Of a DNA stretch of 64,000 nucleotides, positions 59,427 to 64,000 are shown in pieces. Made by a program: the position numbers and the translations under genes. The notes under the pieces are model-generated. The model had not been told where the DNA came from and did no database searches. It was given only the letters and a program-made list of their open reading frames with translations. Source of the stretch: Candidatus Bathyarchaeota archaeon (lineage in GTDB: Archaea; Thermoproteota; Bathyarchaeia; 40CM-2-53-6); contig CAVPLU010000004.1 in assembly GCA_963706285.1 (NCBI GenBank), positions 256,001 to 320,000 on the forward strand, written 5' to 3'. Every line of letters begins with the position of its first letter. Position 1 is the first letter of the stretch.

Positions 59427-59826
59427 TTAGAGGTCCAGAGGCAGTTTGCCTACGGCCTTTGCGAGGTCGGCTGCGGTGAAGACTCCGATCGGCTTTCCAT
59501 CACTCACGACTACAAGTCGTCTCACCTTCATCTCGGCCATGATTCGTGCGGCTTCTTTGACATCCGTGGTTGCTGCGACGGTGATCAATGGTGACGATGC
59601 GTAGGCCCGAACTGTAACCGCGGTCAGGTCTCTTCTTTTCCGGAACAACTCTTGACAATAGATCACGTTCGGTGAAGATTGCGTTAACAACTCCTTTGGA
59701 TGACACCAGAATGCTCCCGACGTGCTTCTCTCCCATAAGCTTGCAGGCGTCAGCTACTGACGTTTCCGAGTCCACGGTCAGCGGAGGTTGACTCATGAAG
59801 TCTCTGACTACGACCAACTCTTTCAC
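59427..59826 (-). CDS. CBS-pair protein with an apparent +1 frameshift at ~59633
   Basis: VRDFMS..IFTERDLLSRVV joins RDLTAVTVRAYASSPLITV..GVFTAADL. Confidence 0.82.
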
Positions 59827-59884
59827 AGGTATAGAGTTTCTACTGCTTACGGATAAGTTCTCATGCCGTAACGGTAATTGAATG

Positions 59885-60559
59885 TTAGTTAGTGGTGGCG
59901 TTCGTCTCCGCGGGCGTTGCCACGTTCACGTCCGTTTCTTCCTGTGGAGGGTTGTTTGCATGCGCTTCCTGCGGCTGAGCTGGCGGGGCTCCTCCCGGTT
60001 GAACGGACTTGACATCTTCCATTATCTTCTGAATCTGTTTCTTCATGAGTCGGGAATCCTGACTGAGGTTAAAGTAATCGCAGAAGCTTGGGGTCGTTGT
60101 AAGGACTTTTGATCTACCAAGCTTTTCCTCTGAGATCAATCCCATGTCTCGAAGTTGTTTAACGTGCCCGTAGGCTAGGTTGCCTCTGACCTTCACAACA
60201 TGTGACTGGGCCACGGGTTGGCGTAGAGCGATGTAGGAAAGCGTCTTGAGGGGGCCAGGAGTTAGAAGTTGCCTCGTTGCCAGACGTTTCACACTTTTCG
60301 AGTATTCTGGTTTCAGCTGCATGACGTATCGGCCGTCAGATAGTTCAAGAACCTCGAGCGCTCCCGAGTCCTGTGCATACTTCTCTTTCAGCTCTGCCGC
60401 AAGCTTGCGTATTTTGTCCTCTGAGCGCATGTTGAGAATTGATCCTAAGACGCCAACGTCGAGAGGCTTGCCAGTTACATACAATGCGGCCTCGATCATT
60501 GAGATCTGAGTCTTTGTGCGTTCGTCTGCACTTTTTTCGATCTGCTGGGTCTCAGACAA
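59885..60559 (-). CDS. scpB: SMC-Scp complex subunit ScpB (start uncertain)
   Basis: IEAALYVTGKP, LKTLSYIALRQPV, RG..AY.HVK.L, TTPSF.DYF. Confidence 0.92.
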   Translation of the reverse strand: MSETQQIEKSADERTKTQISMIEAALYVTGKPLDVGVLGSILNMRSEDKIRKLAAELKEKYAQDSGALEVLELSDGRYVMQLKPEYSKSVKRLATRQLLTPGPLKTLSYIALRQPVAQSHVVKVRGNLAYGHVKQLRDMGLISEEKLGRSKVLTTTPSFCDYFNLSQDSRLMKKQIQKIMEDVKSVQPGGAPPAQPQEAHANNPPQEETDVNVATPAETNATTN

Positions 60560-61223
60560 TTGCAGGCGCAACCTCCGGTAGGCTGATGAGTATGTCACCC
60601 CGGTCTTCTTTCTGGCTCAAGTTCACCTTGTTCTGCATAACTAGAAAGAGGAGCATGATGAAGGTCCTAACAGCATCCAGCAGCGAAGAGTCCTTGGTGA
60701 GTTGCAGGAATGAGAGCGTGGCTTCTGGGCTAGCTTTTCGTAGAAGTGTGGCGTAGAATACCTCGATGTTCTTCTCGATATTAGCGAGGAACTCATCCAT
60801 TTGTTCAAGTATCTCTGGTGGACTGAGCAGGCTCTTTCTCTCAGCGAGAGCTAGGCTCTCACGTTTCAGCACTTCCTCAAGCACTGAGAGAACTTGTTCG
60901 ATGGAAGTTGCGGTGTATTCGAATCGAATAGGGAACGGGAGCGGTGGCGGAACCTCCTCGTTGGGTCTCGGAATCGGAGGCTTCGGTGGTTCCTCCATCT
61001 TGAGCACGAGCTCAGACTTCATTCTGTGGATCATTGAAGATGATAGGAGAGCGGTTCCTGAGGCAGAGAAGTCGATGAAACCTTGTTTCTTCATCTCTGC
61101 TAGGAAGGTGTTGAGTAGGTATGTGATGTTCACATCCCATGGTTTGATGCGATGTAGCTTAAGCAGGTCGAAGAGAATCATGTATGGAGGTCGCAGCCAG
61201 AATGGCTTCTCGGTTATGTCCAT
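60552..61223 (-). CDS. scpA: Kleisin ScpA
   Basis: IKPWDVNI, SGTALL, RTFIMLLFL..KVNLSQ..GDI. Confidence 0.88.
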   Translation of the reverse strand: MDITEKPFWLRPPYMILFDLLKLHRIKPWDVNITYLLNTFLAEMKKQGFIDFSASGTALLSSSMIHRMKSELVLKMEEPPKPPIPRPNEEVPPPLPFPIRFEYTATSIEQVLSVLEEVLKRESLALAERKSLLSPPEILEQMDEFLANIEKNIEVFYATLLRKASPEATLSFLQLTKDSSLLDAVRTFIMLLFLVMQNKVNLSQKEDRGDILISLPEVAPAIV

Positions 61224-64000
61224 TAGGCCTTCACCTCAGCCATCGGCATCTCCACAATCTGCGAGACCCCCTCCTGGATGAAGACGCCGTAGACTCTGTT
61301 TCCTCTAGATATCGCAGTGTCTTTCAGTGACACGACCAGGAACTGTGATCCCTTCGATCGCTCGCGGAGCAATTCGGCGAGTCTCTGCGAGTTGACCACG
61401 TCCATGTGAGCGTCGATCTCGTCGAACATGTAGAATGGCATGGGGTGTATTGCCTGAAGTGCTAGCAAGAAGCAGACCGTGCTGACTGATTTCTCCCCGC
61501 CGCTTGCGCTGCTGATTGTCATCATAGATTTGCCCGGGAATTCGAGCATGACGTCGACTCCGCCTTTGAATGGGTCCTCAGGGACCTCAAGTATCATTTT
61601 GCCTCTTCCCGTGCCCGTGACCTTGGTAAAGATCTCTTGGAACGTTGCGTCGACTTGGTTGAATGCCCGCATGAACATGTCGTACTTCTTCTTGTCAAGT
61701 TCGTTCATGAATTCAATGATCGAGTGTCTTTCCTTCTCGATCTCGTAGATTCTCGTCGCTAGCTGTTTGTAGTTGCTCTTCTGATCCTCATATTGGTTGA
61801 CCGCGAGCGCGTTGACTGCTCCGATTCGTTCAAGTTCTCGCTTGAGGGCGTTCAGTGAAGTTTCTATTGATGTAAGTTCTTTAGGATCTACTTCGGCGAG
61901 CTCATTGTACCCTAGCTGCTTGATCTCGCTCCAGAAAAGCGAGGCACGCATTTCTTTCTCTTTCACTGAGGAGTTGAGATCTGCGACTTCCCGATTCAGC
62001 GGTTCAAGTTGATTGATGATCTTCATCAGTTGGGTTTCGAGGCTCTTGAGGGTCTGCTCAAACTCGCTCCGTTTTGCCTTAGCGGAGCTTACGTTCCTCT
62101 GAATCTCATCTCTCTGTTCTTTGAGACCATTTATGGTCGCAACATGGTCGGCCATGGTTTGGTTTGATGTTTCGATCTTTGACTGTATCTCCACGGTTTG
62201 TTTCTCGATCGATGCGATCTGAGCTTTCATTTGGTCTTGGTTCTGTTCGAATGTTGAAATGTAGGTTTCCAATGCAGCGATCTTGGATTCGAGTTCCAGT
62301 TTTTTCTGAAGTAGTGTGTTCACTTCATCATACAGGATTGCGTGTGTGCTCTCCAGTCTGGCTAGTTCGTCGGATTTTGCCTTGAGCAGATGAGATGATT
62401 TATCTTTCATGAGTAGGTCGAGCTTGTTCTGGAGGCCCTGTCTTCCTTCCTGCGACGAGTGGAGACTGGACTTTTCATGTTCGATGTCTTCGCCGAACGT
62501 TGCGACGCGTTTGTCGGAGTTTTCAATGGCCTTTATGGTTCGCTCGAGGTCATGTCCTATTGTGGTGGCTTCTCGTTCCATCGCTTCGATTAGGTTCTTG
62601 CTCGCTGACTTGCTCTCGTTTAGGTTCAGGATCTCCTCTCTGAGTCTCTCAAGGTCTTTCTTGCAACGTTCTAAGAGGTCCTCTAATGATGTGACCGCGG
62701 ATGCCACGTCTGCAAGAGTTGATTCCTTAGGTGCGAATCTTCTGGCGTCCAGTGGCTCACGGTAGTATCCGATCTCCATGCCTCCTCCTGGCTCGTACAG
62801 GTCACCCGCAATCGACACTGCTCGACATCCTTCAAGCGAGACCAGAAATGCGGCCCTTTGGTTTGCGGTGAGTATCGTGTCACCAAAGACGAAGTTGATT
62901 GCATGATCGAATGGCCCTAAGGGCTCGATGAAGTCCTCGATCTTGCCAAGTATGCCCTCGATCTGCGTGGGAGGCTCGATCTTGCTCGTAGGATAGAGAT
63001 TCTCGATGGGGATCAGTTTGACGCGTCCTAGTTTTGTTCTCTTGAGGCTTTCTATGCATGCAATTGCGCTTTCGATGTTCTTGACGGCGATTGATTTCAT
63101 CCATCCTGCTGAAGCCGCCTCGATAGCTTTGCGATGTTCTTCTCTGAATTGGATCAAGTCACATAGGCGTCCGTAGACGCCAGCGATGGCGCCTGACTGG
63201 CCCATCTCCTCGATCAGCTGGAGCGCGGAGTCATCGGATGCCATGGCCTCGGCTACGGTCTTCTGAGTTTCGACTTCCGCTAGGGTGAGTCTTGCTTTCT
63301 TTGAGACCTCTGCTGCATGAGCTACCTCTACTTCCTTCTCGACCTCAACCTTTGTGTACTCGGCGAGGTTTGCTTCGATCGTATCGAGCCTCGACTGTTC
63401 TTGTGCGAGAAGCTTCGCAAGCTCTTCGACTCTACTCTTGATGCTCGTTGATAGTTCTTCAAGTTCTATTCGTCTTGACTTTAGTGTCTGGATATGGCCT
63501 TCTAGAAGCGTGATCTTTGAACTGCTTCCTTTTGCCTCTGCATCGATCTCAATGAGTTGGCTCGTGAGTGCGCTGATCTGTTCGTCTACTACGTTTGCCT
63601 CGCCTGATTCCTCTCCAATCTTCTTTCTGAACTCTGCAATGGATGCTGAGAAAACTTCTCGTTCCTTTCGCTTGGCATCGAGAACGGTAGTGAGCTCCGA
63701 AAATCTGCCTCTGCAATCGGCTAGATTCGAGTCGGATTGTGCGACCGACTGAACTGCTTGGTCCATGCGCTTCTCGAGATCAGCTTTCTGGAGTTGGAGC
63801 GATCGTATGGTTTCCTTGGATGATTCGATCTCAGCCTTCAAACCTGCAACGTTTGCATTGACATCTCCGATGGCGCGTTCGATCCTGAAAAGCTCACTGC
63901 TGCCCCTGTCAACAACGGTCTCCTCGTAGCTCTGCCGATCCAACTCGATCTTTTGTCTTTGTTTCGAGATCTCGTCTTTCTTGGCTTTGGTCTGTTCAAT
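61223..64000 (-). CDS. smc: Chromosome segregation protein SMC (5' end beyond window)
   Basis: Coiled coils, hinge GVYG..GRVKLIP..GG, SGGEKS signature, FDEIDAHMD Walker B; frame open to 64000. Confidence 0.95.
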   Translation of the reverse strand: MEQTKAKKDEISKQRQKIELDRQSYEETVVDRGSSELFRIERAIGDVNANVAGLKAEIESSKETIRSLQLQKADLEKRMDQAVQSVAQSDSNLADCRGRFSELTTVLDAKRKEREVFSASIAEFRKKIGEESGEANVVDEQISALTSQLIEIDAEAKGSSSKITLLEGHIQTLKSRRIELEELSTSIKSRVEELAKLLAQEQSRLDTIEANLAEYTKVEVEKEVEVAHAAEVSKKARLTLAEVETQKTVAEAMASDDSALQLIEEMGQSGAIAGVYGRLCDLIQFREEHRKAIEAASAGWMKSIAVKNIESAIACIESLKRTKLGRVKLIPIENLYPTSKIEPPTQIEGILGKIEDFIEPLGPFDHAINFVFGDTILTANQRAAFLVSLEGCRAVSIAGDLYEPGGGMEIGYYREPLDARRFAPKESTLADVASAVTSLEDLLERCKKDLERLREEILNLNESKSASKNLIEAMEREATTIGHDLERTIKAIENSDKRVATFGEDIEHEKSSLHSSQEGRQGLQNKLDLLMKDKSSHLLKAKSDELARLESTHAILYDEVNTLLQKKLELESKIAALETYISTFEQNQDQMKAQIASIEKQTVEIQSKIETSNQTMADHVATINGLKEQRDEIQRNVSSAKAKRSEFEQTLKSLETQLMKIINQLEPLNREVADLNSSVKEKEMRASLFWSEIKQLGYNELAEVDPKELTSIETSLNALKRELERIGAVNALAVNQYEDQKSNYKQLATRIYEIEKERHSIIEFMNELDKKKYDMFMRAFNQVDATFQEIFTKVTGTGRGKMILEVPEDPFKGGVDVMLEFPGKSMMTISSASGGEKSVSTVCFLLALQAIHPMPFYMFDEIDAHMDVVNSQRLAELLRERSKGSQFLVVSLKDTAISRGNRVYGVFIQEGVSQIVEMPMAEVKA

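Noticed and set aside
63943-64000. SMC lacking the N-terminal Walker A head
   Set aside because: The frame is open to the window edge; this is truncation by the window.

Overview
Archaeal chromosome segment, most likely TACK superphylum and probably Bathyarchaeia-like. This is inferred from topo VI, SMC-ScpAB, aIF1A/aIF2-beta/RIO1/Dim2, the Tes radical SAM enzyme, a Zn-ferredoxin and an FtsZ paralogue. It is mostly housekeeping: an N-glycosylation/nucleotide-sugar cluster, glycine cleavage P, MetRS, translation and ribosome biogenesis, top6AB and smc-scpAB, with an accessory stretch at about 37.5-49 kb. The main discovery lies outside the ORF track. The two tRNA genes I found, tRNA-Gln(UUG) at 8371-8535 (+) and tRNA-Asn(GUU) at 57731-57893 (-), each carry FOUR bulge-helix-bulge (BHB) introns, at tRNA positions 10/11, 21/22, 37/38, 59/60 and 8/9, 30/31, 37/38, 50/51. 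In both genes the 5' leader holds a duplicate of the acceptor 5' strand, which could pair with the 3' acceptor strand while the first, acceptor-proximal intron is spliced. Other points are a ribophorin-I-like protein, an FtsZ paralogue lacking the GTPase motif, a Cas1-solo C-terminal relic, a dispersed 21-bp-period repeat, and five single-base-insertion frameshifts that are probably sequencing errors. All assignments come from manual reading; no database searches were run.
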